Position numbers and translations under genes: made by a program
DNA from: Bacteroidota bacterium
Lineage (GTDB): Bacteria > Bacteroidota > Bacteroidia > AKYH767-A > 2013-40CM-41-45
DNA: 64,000 bases
Direction: 5' to 3'
NCBI GenBank assembly: GCA_016720935.1
Contig: JADKJP010000004.1
Location: 203,521-267,520 of the forward strand
Shown here: in pieces, positions 1 to 9,951 of the stretch
Position numbering within the stretch: position 1 is the stretch's first letter
Layout: each line of letters opens with the position of its first letter
The notes under the pieces: model-generated
The model's input: only the letters and a program-made list of their open reading frames with translations
Told to the model about the DNA's origin: nothing
Databases searched by the model: none

Positions 1-993
1 GCGCAATGGGAAAACCGTTCATCTTCCGGATGCAGTGGTTCTTCCTATGCTTTGAATGCTGCCGATTATACAACCATCACTCCCGGCTGCAAATTGCCAT
101 GGGATTTTAATAATGTCAACATTCCTGCAGCATGGAATACAGCTCAGGGAGCAGGGATTCGCATCGGCGTGATTGATGCAGGAATCAGTTCCAGCCAGAC
201 TTTGCTGGGTAGCCAGTTCAACGATGGCGAAAGCAATGTCGGTCGCAGCATCACTACCGATTACACATATGGCACTACTGCCTACACTTCCTGTTCACAC
301 GGAACTTCCATGGCAGGTCTTGCTGCCGGTCCGCGCAATGCACAAAATGCCACAACAGGTGTCGCTTACAAAGCAAACCTGCATTTCATCCGTGGTTGTG
401 ATGATGTGGTGCTCGATGCTTCAGCGGAATTATCCGGAGTAAAAAACGCGCTCATCCGCATGGGTGATCTCAACGATATCAAAATCATCAGCATGTCAAT
501 CGGTACGCCTTTCTCCAGTGGAACATTGAAAGATGGCGTTACATATGCTTACAACAAAGGCAAACTGATCTTCGCCGCGGCAGGAACTTCTTTTTCATGG
601 ACAAGCTGGTGGGGTGTAATTTATCCGGCAGCATTGAGTCAATGTCAGGCTGTAACAGGAGTAACGGAAAGCAGCTCTACCTGCAGTGATTGTCACGATG
701 GAAGTCAGGTTGATTTCACTATCCCGATGCAGCGCAACGGCAATTCCAACAGAACATCTTTATCGCTTGCACCAAGCGGATTCAACCCAACCTATATCGG
801 TGGTTCTTCCTGCGCGACAGCGATCACAGCGGGTATTGCAGGAATCATCTGGTCGGTAAAACCAACCCTGACCAGGACACAAATTATCACAGCTATGCAG
901 CAAACCGCACAGTATTATCCAAGCCCGAATTCAAGCAGAGGTTTTGGAAATATCAATGCAGCAGCAGCTGTCGCGCTGGCCTCCACTTATTGA
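1..993 (+). CDS. S8-family subtilisin-like serine peptidase, 5' end outside window
   Basis: Reading frame is open from nt 1 and stops at 993. Asp/His/Ser-box-like motifs GVIDAGI, HGTSMAGLAAG and GGSSCATAITAG are present. Confidence 0.55.
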   Translation, partial: AQWENRSSSGCSGSSYALNAADYTTITPGCKLPWDFNNVNIPAAWNTAQGAGIRIGVIDAGISSSQTLLGSQFNDGESNVGRSITTDYTYGTTAYTSCSHGTSMAGLAAGPRNAQNATTGVAYKANLHFIRGCDDVVLDASAELSGVKNALIRMGDLNDIKIISMSIGTPFSSGTLKDGVTYAYNKGKLIFAAAGTSFSWTSWWGVIYPAALSQCQAVTGVTESSSTCSDCHDGSQVDFTIPMQRNGNSNRTSLSLAPSGFNPTYIGGSSCATAITAGIAGIIWSVKPTLTRTQIITAMQQTAQYYPSPNSSRGFGNINAAAAVALASTY

Positions 994-1016
994 TTCAAAA
1001 CACCTCATTTTCTTTT

Positions 1017-1047
1017 AAAAGGGGATCCTCACCGGATCCCCTTTTTT
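1017..1047 (+). terminator. Rho-independent terminator hairpin (AAAAGGGGATCC..GGATCCCCTTTTTT)
   Basis: Perfect 10-bp GC-rich stem followed by a T-run immediately 3' of the peptidase stop codon. Confidence 0.8.
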
Positions 1048-1314
1048 ATTTCAAATACTCGCCTTTAGCCTTCAAATACTCAAACATTCAAAGAAATCCC
1101 AATTGATTGTCATCTCTTCACCCTTCTCCATTTACTCTTCACTTCTGAAACTCTATGGTTTTCAAAGCGTAAAACCCCGGTGCCCCAAACCCTCAAGCCA
1201 TTTTCCAATCTGAATTTTTATTGTTCAATGGATGAATCTATTGATTGTTTGGGATATGACTCCAGTCATTCATCCTTTCAGACAAACAGGTTAATTTAGA
1301 TTTGTTTTCTCTTC

Positions 1315-2346
1315 ATGAAAAAATTATTGGTCATCGGTTTTCTTGGTATCGTGATATACGGTTGTCACGACGCGCCGCCAGAAATTGACTACAACGAACT
1401 GGACAGAAAAGCGAACGAGACACTCATCGTCGAAGCGAATAAATTTTTCAAACCACTTCCCATTCGCGAGTACCAGTATGACCGCTCGGAAATTTCCAAA
1501 CAAGTCAAGCTGGGCAAAATGTTGTATTACGATCCCCGGCTTTCAAAATACGGTTCTTACTCCTGCAATTCCTGTCACAATCTTTCTACATCCGGTGTCG
1601 ACAACAAACCGACCACTGTAGCCAATTCCTCCAAAGAGATTGTAAGAAATGTACCTACGGTTTTGAACGCGATGATGAATCACATCTCATCATGGGACGG
1701 CACGTTTGAAGAAAATAAAAATGAAGATGAACTGGCGATTCCTCATCAGGATATTCTTTCCAAAAGAATCGCGGAGATTCCCGACTACCATCGTTTGTTT
1801 GAAGAAGCGTTCCCGAGCGAAGACAAACCGCTCACTTTAAAAAATCTTCAGTCCGCGATTATCGCATTTGAACGTACACTCATCACTCCTTCTCCTCTCG
1901 ATAAATTCCTGCAGGGAAATATTTATGCATTGTCTTATGATGAAAGAGAAGGTTTGCGGCTTTTCATCCAGACAGGTTGTACCGATTGCCATTCCGGAAC
2001 TATGCTTGGCGGATCCATGGTGCGTAAATTCGGTGAGGCGCACGATTATCATCCCTTGACAGGAAGTTCACACAAAGACGAAGGTTTGAAAAACAGAACC
2101 GGCGATCTGAAGGACAAAGATAAATTCAAAGTTGCAGGACTGAGAAACATCGGCCGCACGTATCCTTATTTTCATGATGGCAGTGTGGAGTATCTGAGTA
2201 CTGCTGTAAAAATCATGGCTAAAACTCAACTCGACAAGGATCTTGATGATGAGCAAATCCGACTCATTGTTACTTTTCTAAATGCACTCTCCGGCGACGT
2301 CCCTGAAGATGCCCAAAAAGCTCCGCTCAGCCTGGCGAGTTATTGA
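1315..2346 (+). CDS. ccp: Di-heme cytochrome c peroxidase (CCP/MauG family)
   Basis: Two CxxCH heme motifs (CNSCHN, CTDCHSG), N-terminal lipoprotein-like signal, length typical for bacterial CCP. Confidence 0.85.
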   Translation: MKKLLVIGFLGIVIYGCHDAPPEIDYNELDRKANETLIVEANKFFKPLPIREYQYDRSEISKQVKLGKMLYYDPRLSKYGSYSCNSCHNLSTSGVDNKPTTVANSSKEIVRNVPTVLNAMMNHISSWDGTFEENKNEDELAIPHQDILSKRIAEIPDYHRLFEEAFPSEDKPLTLKNLQSAIIAFERTLITPSPLDKFLQGNIYALSYDEREGLRLFIQTGCTDCHSGTMLGGSMVRKFGEAHDYHPLTGSSHKDEGLKNRTGDLKDKDKFKVAGLRNIGRTYPYFHDGSVEYLSTAVKIMAKTQLDKDLDDEQIRLIVTFLNALSGDVPEDAQKAPLSLASY

Positions 2347-2530
2347 TTCTGATTTCCTATCAAAATTAGTGGAATTTTTTTAGATCCAATCGTCTCCGTG
2401 TACCTCTGTGGTCAAAAGATAAATTCATTAAATAAGTATAGACTTATTTAATTCGGAAAGTGTTTTTAAAAGCCAGATTATTTTAGACACAGAGGTGCAC
2501 AGAATATTTCTGAATAAAACTATTGAATAA

Positions 2531-2568
2531 AAAAAGAGGCGCCGGGATCAAACCCTGGCGCCTCTTTT
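2531..2568. terminator. Bidirectional terminator between convergent ccp and ahcY
   Basis: GAGGCGCCGGG..CCCTGGCGCCTC stem flanked by an A-run on one side and a T-run on the other. Confidence 0.7.
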
Positions 2569-2587
2569 CAAAAAGCAATCTATATTC

Positions 2588-3910
2588 TTAGTAACGGTAA
2601 TGTTCAGATTTGAACGGACCACTTTTCTGTACACCGATATAATTTGCCTGCTCATCTGTAAGCTCATCGATTTCCACGCCGATTTTCTTCAGGTGTAAAC
2701 GTGCAACTTTTTCATCCAGATGTTTAGGAAGTGTGTACACTTTGTTTTCGTATTTGCTGTGGTTCTGCCACAATTCAAGCTGAGCCATTGTCTGGTTGGT
2801 GAATGAATTGGACATTACGAAAGAAGGGTGTCCCATCGCGCAACCCAGATTCACCAGACGTCCTTCTGCAAGAACGATGATGTCTTTGCCATCAATGGTA
2901 TATTTATCCACCTGTGGTTTGATAGTGTCTTTTGACGCGCCGTAGTTTTTGTTCAACCAGGCCATATCGATTTCATTATCGAAGTGACCGATGTTACAAA
3001 CCACCGCGTTGTGCTTCATCGCTTTGAAGTGACGATCTTTGATGATGTTATAGTTTCCGGTTGCAGTCACAATGATGTCTGCTTCCTTCACCGCGTCATC
3101 CATCTTTTTCACTTCATAACCTTCCATCGCCGCCTGCAATGCGCAGATCGGATCGATCTCAGTAACGATTACACGTACTTTAGAATCTTTCAAAGACTCA
3201 GCGGAACCTTTACCAACATCACCAAAGCCTGCAACAACTGCAATCTTTCCGGCCATCATCAGGTCAGTAGCACGACGGATCGCGTCAACCAGTGATTCAC
3301 GGCAACCGTATTTATTATCGAATTTGGATTTGGTAACCGAATCGTTGATATTGATCGCGGGAATCGGAAGTGTTCCGTTCTTCACGCGCTCGTGCAAACG
3401 GTGAACACCGGTTGTCGTTTCTTCAGAAAGTCCTTTGATGTTTTGAACGAGCTCAGGATATTTATCGAGAACCATGTTGGTCAGATCACCACCATCGTCA
3501 AGAATCATGTTCAATGGTTTGCGGTCTTCGCCAAAAAAGAGAGTCTGCTCAATACACCAGTCGAATTCCTCCGCGTTCATACCTTTCCAGGCATACACAG
3601 AAACTCCCGCAGCGGCAATCGCGGCAGCAGCATGGTCCTGAGTAGAGAAAATATTGCAGGAAGACCAGGTCACTTCAGCGCCCAGTTCCACGAGAGTTTC
3701 AATCAGGACAGCAGTCTGGATGGTCATATGCAGACAACCGGCAATACGCGCACCTTTCAAAGGTTTTTGTTTGCCATATTCTTCACGAAGAGACATCAGA
3801 CCCGGCATTTCAGCCTCGGCCAGTTTAATCTCTTTACGGCCCCATTCGGCCAGGGAAATGTCTTTTACCTTGTATTTCACGAATTTGTCAACGCTAGTGG
3901 TGTTTGCCAT
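2588..3910 (-). CDS. ahcY: Adenosylhomocysteinase (S-adenosyl-L-homocysteine hydrolase)
   Basis: Full-length match to the AhcY architecture (NAD-binding GFGDVGKG motif, MANTTS...HYRY). The ORF track start at 3991 adds a 27-aa extension; the start at MANTTS (3910) is preferred. Confidence 0.9.
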   Translation of the reverse strand: MANTTSVDKFVKYKVKDISLAEWGRKEIKLAEAEMPGLMSLREEYGKQKPLKGARIAGCLHMTIQTAVLIETLVELGAEVTWSSCNIFSTQDHAAAAIAAAGVSVYAWKGMNAEEFDWCIEQTLFFGEDRKPLNMILDDGGDLTNMVLDKYPELVQNIKGLSEETTTGVHRLHERVKNGTLPIPAININDSVTKSKFDNKYGCRESLVDAIRRATDLMMAGKIAVVAGFGDVGKGSAESLKDSKVRVIVTEIDPICALQAAMEGYEVKKMDDAVKEADIIVTATGNYNIIKDRHFKAMKHNAVVCNIGHFDNEIDMAWLNKNYGASKDTIKPQVDKYTIDGKDIIVLAEGRLVNLGCAMGHPSFVMSNSFTNQTMAQLELWQNHSKYENKVYTLPKHLDEKVARLHLKKIGVEIDELTDEQANYIGVQKSGPFKSEHYRY

Positions 3911-4056
3911 GATTAGAATTAGGTTTTTTGGATAGTCTTGAATTTCAGGCTGCAAAGATAACCAAAGCCTCTCTTTATTCAAAGAAATCATTGGAAATCC
4001 TGGAAAGCCCCGATTTTAGGTATGAAACAAGAATTTGGGGGAAATGTTTTGATTTT

Positions 4057-4098
4057 GGGGGGACGAGGGGCGAGGGACGGTGGGACGGTGGGGCGATG
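4057..4098 (+). repeat. G-rich GGGACGR heptamer array (G-quadruplex-prone)
   Basis: ggggggacgaggggcgagggacggtgggacggtggggcga. The same unit family recurs at 16459 and 51645. Confidence 0.8.
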
Positions 4099-4366
4099 TC
4101 ATTATGTCAAAAGTGGGTCTGCCTGTTTACTCGAGAGGATATTACCAAATTTCCAAAAAGGTCTCTGCGAGATGACAAAGCTTTTACTTATCAATATCGT
4201 CCAGATCCCGCCGAACAAGCCTTGGTTCATTTAACCAAATTGGATTGGCGGGATCTGGACGATAAAATCTCATGCTATGCGCTTGTCATCTCGAAGAGAA
4301 CTTTTAGGTCAGTTGAGACTAAATTGGTTTCTTATCTTAAAAACATTGGGGAAAAGGGGCGGGAGT

Positions 4367-4436
4367 TAGTGGAAGTGGAAGTGGAAGTGGAAGTGGAAGT
4401 TTAAAGTGGAAGTGGAAGTGGAAGTTTAAAGTGAAA
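4367..4436 (+). repeat. (GGAAGT)n hexamer array with higher-order structure [(GGAAGT)n TTTAAAGT]x2
   Basis: GGAAGT repeated 5 times, then TTTAAAGT, then GGAAGT 3 times, then TTTAAAGT. It produces the (VE)n tail of the spurious ORF 3928..4404. Confidence 0.85.
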
Positions 4437-4448
4437 GCAAAAATTGGG

Positions 4449-6038
4449 TTATTGATGGGATATAAAAATTTTGGAGGTCTGGGATTTTGAGTTCTTGAGG
4501 ATTTGCAGGAAATAGATACCGGAACTGATTCCCCGGAGATCGAGGGTGTTTTTTTGGGTGGAGGTGGACCAGTGATGGATCAGACGGCCGGTGGGATCAA
4601 TGAGTTGAATGGAAACCGGTTCAATTGGTGGACTGTTGAGTTCCACATTCAGAATTGATGAAACAGGATTGGGATAAACAACAGGTTTTTCTGAATCATC
4701 CTGAACCGTACCAATACCGACATTATTCAAACAAACATCCAGAATGAAAGCACTTGCCTGTGCAACAGAATCACAGGGCAGATGGGCGATGCTGTCATAA
4801 CTGACATCCGGATTGCATTGATAAAAACCTCCGATCAATGCACGATCAGAAACTCCAAAACACATCATTCCCGGAGCAAAACCGGCCAGACTGTCTTCGT
4901 AATCAAAAAATCTTGTAAGGTTACAACTGGTGTCCAGTGTTGCCAGAAATAATTTCGCGTTACTGTTTGCTGAATAGAATGAATGATTTCCAATCGACAT
5001 GGAATCGGAATATCTTCCCGACAAATAAATTCTATTTTCAAAAGTTTGAAGAATAGAAAAAGTTGGAGAAGGCGGTGTACCTATTTCCATTTCCAGAGAA
5101 AACAAAGAATCACCAAGCGGTGAATATTTTGTAATGAAATCGTAGTTCGCATCCAATGCATAAACATTCCCATGTTCATCGCCTGTTGCTTTGATCAAAG
5201 CAGTGGAAATTCCATTCTTCGCCCAGCGGATTGTACCACTCGAATCATAACAGGCGACAAAGGAAGAATTGTTCGCCGCGTTCAGCACGACACCATTTCC
5301 GAAATTCAATGTGACACTGTAATTTCCACTGATCGCGATACCATTTCCTCCTATTGCACTCAATCCATAAGGAAGCGAACCATTTGGTGTACTTGCCTGT
5401 TTTGCCCAGATCACATTTCCGGAAGGATCCATTTTCATGAGGAAGACGTCCATGGTCCCGGAGCAAATAAGAGTGTACGGTCCCAATCTGCAATATCCCC
5501 AAAAGCCACCCGTGACCAAAAGATTACCGGATTCATCAAGCTGCATCTCTCTTGTAATTTCTGATCCGTTACTTCCTCCACGAAATAACCATTGGCAGGC
5601 GCCGGTTGAAGCATTTAATTTCGCGACATAGACATCCCAGATCCCAAGAGTAGCGTAAGAAAAACCACCCAAAGAGATGCTGTCTATAAATGATCCGGAA
5701 ACATAGACACTGCCATCCTGCGAATAAAGTACACGACAGGTAATGTCATTCTGATCATGTGCATACACATGGATCCATTGCAAATGCTGAGCCCCATTGA
5801 GGCAAGCGATGTAACTGTTGTATTTTTGTCCGACGATACTTTGTCCGCCCAGATTTAAACTATCCGTAAAAAATCCGGCGATAAATACATTTCCACTATC
5901 ATCAGCAGCCAATCCGTTGATATAATGCTCACCGGGAAATCCCGCTCCCATGAACTGGTCACAGGAAATTTGAGCAAAAATATTTTTTGCAAAAAAGAAT
6001 AAAATCAGAAATACAAAAATGCGTCTAAGCATACTCAT
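4449..6038 (-). CDS. Secreted beta-propeller repeat protein with T9SS C-terminal sorting domain
   Basis: Signal peptide (MLRRIFVFLILFFFAKNIFAQ), repeated SGNVF/DxSGN motifs resembling SBBP repeats, C-terminal ~80-aa domain (VYPNPVSS...IYFLQI) typical of Por/T9SS CTD. Confidence 0.6.
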   Translation of the reverse strand: MSMLRRIFVFLILFFFAKNIFAQISCDQFMGAGFPGEHYINGLAADDSGNVFIAGFFTDSLNLGGQSIVGQKYNSYIACLNGAQHLQWIHVYAHDQNDITCRVLYSQDGSVYVSGSFIDSISLGGFSYATLGIWDVYVAKLNASTGACQWLFRGGSNGSEITREMQLDESGNLLVTGGFWGYCRLGPYTLICSGTMDVFLMKMDPSGNVIWAKQASTPNGSLPYGLSAIGGNGIAISGNYSVTLNFGNGVVLNAANNSSFVACYDSSGTIRWAKNGISTALIKATGDEHGNVYALDANYDFITKYSPLGDSLFSLEMEIGTPPSPTFSILQTFENRIYLSGRYSDSMSIGNHSFYSANSNAKLFLATLDTSCNLTRFFDYEDSLAGFAPGMMCFGVSDRALIGGFYQCNPDVSYDSIAHLPCDSVAQASAFILDVCLNNVGIGTVQDDSEKPVVYPNPVSSILNVELNSPPIEPVSIQLIDPTGRLIHHWSTSTQKNTLDLRGISSGIYFLQILKNSKSQTSKIFISHQ

Positions 6039-6162
6039 TGAATTTAAACAAGCTTAAAATTTACGAAATAAACTCTGCAAATTACCCAACTGTTCCTGCA
6101 CAGCGAATTTATACCAAATAAGTCCAATACTTTCCCCGCAACATCTTTTTTAGAAAACTGAA

Positions 6163-6837
6163 TTGATTTGGCCTACATTTGAACCCGCAATTCTGCCTGA
6201 ATTTATGCCGCTGACGTATCATCACAAGACCGACATTCTCCAACTGGGGATCTGGAAAAGTTCCGAACCCATGGAAGAGCTCGAGCAACTGGCAGGTCTG
6301 AGCGAATCAGAAATCATGCTGGTGCAAAGCTTTAAAAGCGAATTGAGAAAAAAAGAATTCCTGAGCGTACGCGCATTGCTGCACAACATGCATCCGGCTT
6401 CATCGCTGGTAATTCAATACGACGAGAATGGAAAACCCTATCTCGACAACATGCTTTCATTGTCCATATCTCACACGCAGGATTATGTCTCGGTTTTGTT
6501 CTCTCCCCTGCCCTATGTCGGCCTGGATCTGGAAACCATTCGTCCTCAGATTGAAAAGATCGCGCACAAATTTGTCAACGAAGAGGAGGCAAAATACATA
6601 GATGAAAAAAACAGGCGTCAGCACCTGCACATTCTCTGGGGCGCGAAAGAAGTTCTTTATAAAATTTACGGGAAAGGGAACGTTGATTTTCGCGGGCATT
6701 TGTCGGTAGCTCCATTCCAGTGCACCGATAAAGGAAGCACAGAAGCTACCATCAGGATGCCTGATTTTGAACGTACTTTCCTCGTTCATTTTGAAAAAAC
6801 AGAAAACCGCATGCTGGCCTATGCCACCGGTGAATGA
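6163..6837 (+). CDS. 4'-phosphopantetheinyl transferase family protein (Sfp-type)
   Basis: GLDLE...WGAKEVLYK motifs of the PPTase superfamily. True start may be the internal Met at ~6208. Confidence 0.55.
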   Translation: MIWPTFEPAILPEFMPLTYHHKTDILQLGIWKSSEPMEELEQLAGLSESEIMLVQSFKSELRKKEFLSVRALLHNMHPASSLVIQYDENGKPYLDNMLSLSISHTQDYVSVLFSPLPYVGLDLETIRPQIEKIAHKFVNEEEAKYIDEKNRRQHLHILWGAKEVLYKIYGKGNVDFRGHLSVAPFQCTDKGSTEATIRMPDFERTFLVHFEKTENRMLAYATGE

Positions 6838-6877
6838 TTCAAGGCTTCTTTGTATCTTCGTTTCGAACATTTAGCAC

Positions 6878-7627
6878 ATGAACCTGCTTTACAATCGTAT
6901 CCTCGCCGGCCGTGCGGGTCGCAAAAAATCTCTCGCGGTACTTGTTGATCCTGACAAGACCTCTCTTGTTGCCTGCGAAAAACTCGCTCACAACGCACTC
7001 GATGCCGGAGTTGATTATTTATTTGTCGGAAGCAGTATTCTCACCCACGGCGATCTTGATGCCTGTATTTCTGTACTGAAGCAAAACTGCAATATTCCTG
7101 TGATTCTTTTTCCGGGAAATACCATGCAAATTTCCGACAAAGCCGACGCGATTCTTTTTCTTTCTCTCATCAGTGGCAGAAACGCGGAAATGCTGATTGG
7201 CAGACACGTGATCTCCGCTCCCATGCTAAAAAAAAGCGGACTGGAAATTCTTCCTACCGGATATATGCTCATTGATAGCGGCGCTCCAACATCTGTGAGT
7301 TACATGAGCAACACCTTTCCGATTCCACATGACAAGGACGATATTGCTGCATGTACTGCCATGGCCGGAGAAATGCTGGGACTAAAAATGATATATATGG
7401 ATGCCGGTAGTGGCGCACGCTTTCCGGTAAGCAAATCCATGATCGCTTGTGTAAAAAACACGGTCAACACACCATTGATTGTAGGCGGAGGAATTCGTAC
7501 TCCGGAAAAAGCACTTGATCAATGTAATGCCGGAGCGGATATTGTGGTGATAGGAAATGCAATAGAAAAAGATCCCGCGCTGATTGGCGAAATTGCCACT
7601 GCAATGCACGTGGAGATCTTCAAATAA
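6878..7627 (+). CDS. Geranylgeranylglyceryl phosphate synthase family protein (PcrB/GGGPS-like)
   Basis: TIM-barrel PcrB-like sequence (LVDPDK..., GGGIRT...); length 249 aa matches the bacterial group of GGGPS homologues. Confidence 0.65.
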   Translation: MNLLYNRILAGRAGRKKSLAVLVDPDKTSLVACEKLAHNALDAGVDYLFVGSSILTHGDLDACISVLKQNCNIPVILFPGNTMQISDKADAILFLSLISGRNAEMLIGRHVISAPMLKKSGLEILPTGYMLIDSGAPTSVSYMSNTFPIPHDKDDIAACTAMAGEMLGLKMIYMDAGSGARFPVSKSMIACVKNTVNTPLIVGGGIRTPEKALDQCNAGADIVVIGNAIEKDPALIGEIATAMHVEIFK

Positions 7628-7651
7628 TCGTATTTTTTTTCCGAAAATTCT

Positions 7652-8575
7652 TTACACCAGCTGGCTTTTATTCTGCCTTACCGCATTCGCGTTCGAACCG
7701 AATTTCATTTTGAATCTCCTGCTGAAATAAGCCGGGTCTTTGAATCCTACACGGTGAGCGATTTCCTGGATATTATCGGGCTGGGTACGCAATAAAAACA
7801 TTGCGCGTTCGAGACGCTGGTTCTCGATATAATCCTGAAGATTTTTATTGGTGAGTGATTTGAAAAACTGCCCAACATAATCTTCCGAAACATAGGCGAT
7901 ATTCGCGATGGTCTTGTTGGACAAATCTTTTTCCAGATTTTCCTGGATGTATTTCACAATATCCACAAGGCGGCGATCCGATAAAAATTCCAGACGGTCA
8001 GTATACTTTTTAAATTTCTCCTGTGATTCTATATACCGGCACATGTGGATCATAATTTCCTCCATGTAATTCCGGATGAGTTTATCGCGGCCGAGTTTGT
8101 TCTGTTCGTTTTCCAGCGCGATATGTTTCACAAGGAATCCGAATTCTTCATCCTTTGTAAGCGCGAAAGGAGGCATTCCTAATACTTCAAAGAAAGGAAT
8201 GGCATCGTACAGCGTTACATCAAAGGCGAGAATGGTAAAAACTTCTTTCATGGAATTGAAGTCTTCCAGTCCGCTGATGGTTCTTAAAAACCTCGAACGA
8301 TGATCATCATCCTTGAATCCGTCAGGACCCAAATCATGATGATTGCCGATTGCATGTTTCACATAAATCGGCTGACCGGCAGGAAAGAAATAAAAACTGT
8401 CCTGGGGCATCACCTCATTGTCGTGACCGACAAAAAGGTTTCCACGGTTCAGGTGGATGATTACATTGTGTTTGTCAAAACTTCCATTTAGTTTGACCGG
8501 ATGAACCACTTCCCGAAAAGCGGTCCGGTGGAGGTCTACATTTAGGGAATCGATAAATTTGCTTAATAATGCCAT
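7652..8575 (-). CDS. AraC-family transcriptional regulator (N-terminal cupin-like sensor, C-terminal HTH)
   Basis: C-terminal double helix-turn-helix AraC signature (IANIAYVSEDYVGQFFK..., AHRVGFKDPAYFSRRFK). Confidence 0.8.
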   Translation of the reverse strand: MALLSKFIDSLNVDLHRTAFREVVHPVKLNGSFDKHNVIIHLNRGNLFVGHDNEVMPQDSFYFFPAGQPIYVKHAIGNHHDLGPDGFKDDDHRSRFLRTISGLEDFNSMKEVFTILAFDVTLYDAIPFFEVLGMPPFALTKDEEFGFLVKHIALENEQNKLGRDKLIRNYMEEIMIHMCRYIESQEKFKKYTDRLEFLSDRRLVDIVKYIQENLEKDLSNKTIANIAYVSEDYVGQFFKSLTNKNLQDYIENQRLERAMFLLRTQPDNIQEIAHRVGFKDPAYFSRRFKMKFGSNANAVRQNKSQLV

Positions 8576-8818
8576 AGTTAAAACCCCCGATTTAAAAAAT
8601 TATTCGGCTTTGAATAATACCCCCCCCCTTGGTATAATACAAATGTATCGAACAATATTACTTAAATACAAATACTTCAGCAATTTCCTGACACAGCTAT
8701 GACAAAAAGGGGCCAATAACTTAAAATTTCTTCATTATAAACCATCCCCCTCCTTGTGACCACCTTAAATAAATCCAATTTACCATAAAATGTCCTTTGG
8801 ATTCGGATATTTGCTCCC

Positions 8819-9427
8819 GTGGACCAGTACCAAATCTTAATTTTCGGCCAGCAGATCAATATTCTGGAACTCTTGGCCATGCTCAGCGGGATCATTGCTG
8901 TTTGGCTAACCGTGAAACATTCTGTCTGGTGCTTTCCGATTGGAATCGTCAATGTCCTACTGTATGCCTGGCTCTTCTACTCACCCTCTGTACGTCTTTA
9001 TGCCGATACATTACTGCAATGTATTTATGTAATTCTACTTATCTATGGATGGATCCGGTGGAACAGTAAAAAAGAGGAGAACCCTGATTTTGTGCCGGAG
9101 AACATGAGTCCAGATCAATGGAAAAAAAGCCTGCTTGTGTTTCTTGCAGGAAGCTGCCTCTTTGGTTACCTTTTTCAAAATTTCACGGACGCTTCTCTAC
9201 CCTGGCTGGATTCAACGCTCACAACGGCAAGTCTTATCGCTCAATGGATGGTAGCGAAAAAGAAAATTGAAAACTGGATTATCTGGATTATCGCGAACAG
9301 TGTTTACATTCCGCTCTTCTTTTTCAAACATCTCCCACTCACCTCGCTCCTGTATTTTCTCTTTCTCATTATGGCGATTTCAGGTTATCTTCAATGGAAA
9401 AAGTTAATGCCTGCAAATCAGTCATGA
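8819..9427 (+). CDS. pnuC: PnuC-family nicotinamide riboside (or thiamine-type) transporter
   Basis: WLTVKHSVWCFPIGIVNVLLYAWLFY core motif of PnuC; multi-TM. Confidence 0.8.
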   Translation: MDQYQILIFGQQINILELLAMLSGIIAVWLTVKHSVWCFPIGIVNVLLYAWLFYSPSVRLYADTLLQCIYVILLIYGWIRWNSKKEENPDFVPENMSPDQWKKSLLVFLAGSCLFGYLFQNFTDASLPWLDSTLTTASLIAQWMVAKKKIENWIIWIIANSVYIPLFFFKHLPLTSLLYFLFLIMAISGYLQWKKLMPANQS

Positions 9428-9951
9428 ACAAACGAATCAAAAGGATCGCGTTGATTGGTCCTGAATCTACAGGAAAGACAACGCTTGCAGAGCAACTCGC
9501 CAGGCATTATAAAACTGTTTGGATACCCGAATATTCGAGGAACTATGTAGAAAATCTAAACAGGAAATACACCAAAGAAGATATCCTGCTGACCATCCGG
9601 GAGCAATGCGCTGAGGAAGACAGGTTGCTGGAACAGGCCAATAAATTTCTCTTCGCGGATACAGAACCGATTCTGGCGCAAGTGTGGATGATGGATGTTT
9701 ACCATGAAAAGTCCGCCGAAATCGAAAAGCTGATCCAGGAACGAGCCTATGATTTGTACCTGTTACTTTCTCCTGATTTACCCTATGTAAATGATCCTGT
9801 GCGGGAAAACCCTGCACGGCGAGATTTTTTCTTTGATTGGTATAAAAAGGAATTGGAAGAAAGACAGCTGCCCTACCGCGTGATAACAGGCACAGGAGAA
9901 TCACGACTTGCTATCGCGATCAAAGAGATTGAATCACTCCGGGAAAATTAG
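9424..9951 (+). CDS. NadR-type ribosylnicotinamide-kinase-like P-loop ATPase
   Basis: Walker A GPESTGKTTL; ATGA start/stop overlap with pnuC (translational coupling). The ORF-track start at 9394 lies inside pnuC; start at 9424 preferred. Confidence 0.7.
   Translation: MNKRIKRIALIGPESTGKTTLAEQLARHYKTVWIPEYSRNYVENLNRKYTKEDILLTIREQCAEEDRLLEQANKFLFADTEPILAQVWMMDVYHEKSAEIEKLIQERAYDLYLLLSPDLPYVNDPVRENPARRDFFFDWYKKELEERQLPYRVITGTGESRLAIAIKEIESLREN

Noticed and set aside
3911-3991. N-terminal extensions proposed by the ORF track for ahcY (27 aa), pyrE (22 aa), rsgA (41 aa), nadR-like (10 aa), glucosaminidase (22 aa)
   Set aside because: Internal Met codons align with conserved protein N-termini; the extensions run into upstream genes or repeats.
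3992-4056. SAH riboswitch upstream of ahcY
   Set aside because: No match to the SAH-element conserved core was seen; the leader is instead occupied by the G-rich and GGAAGT repeats.
3928-4404. ORF track CDS of 158 aa ending in (VE)n
   Set aside because: It lies entirely in the ahcY upstream region and is driven by the G-rich and (GGAAGT)n repeats. It has no coding periodicity or recognisable domain.
8580-8818. Riboswitch (NAD+ or TPP) upstream of pnuC
   Set aside because: No recognisable conserved motif was found; the region looks like a divergent promoter spacer shared with the AraC regulator.
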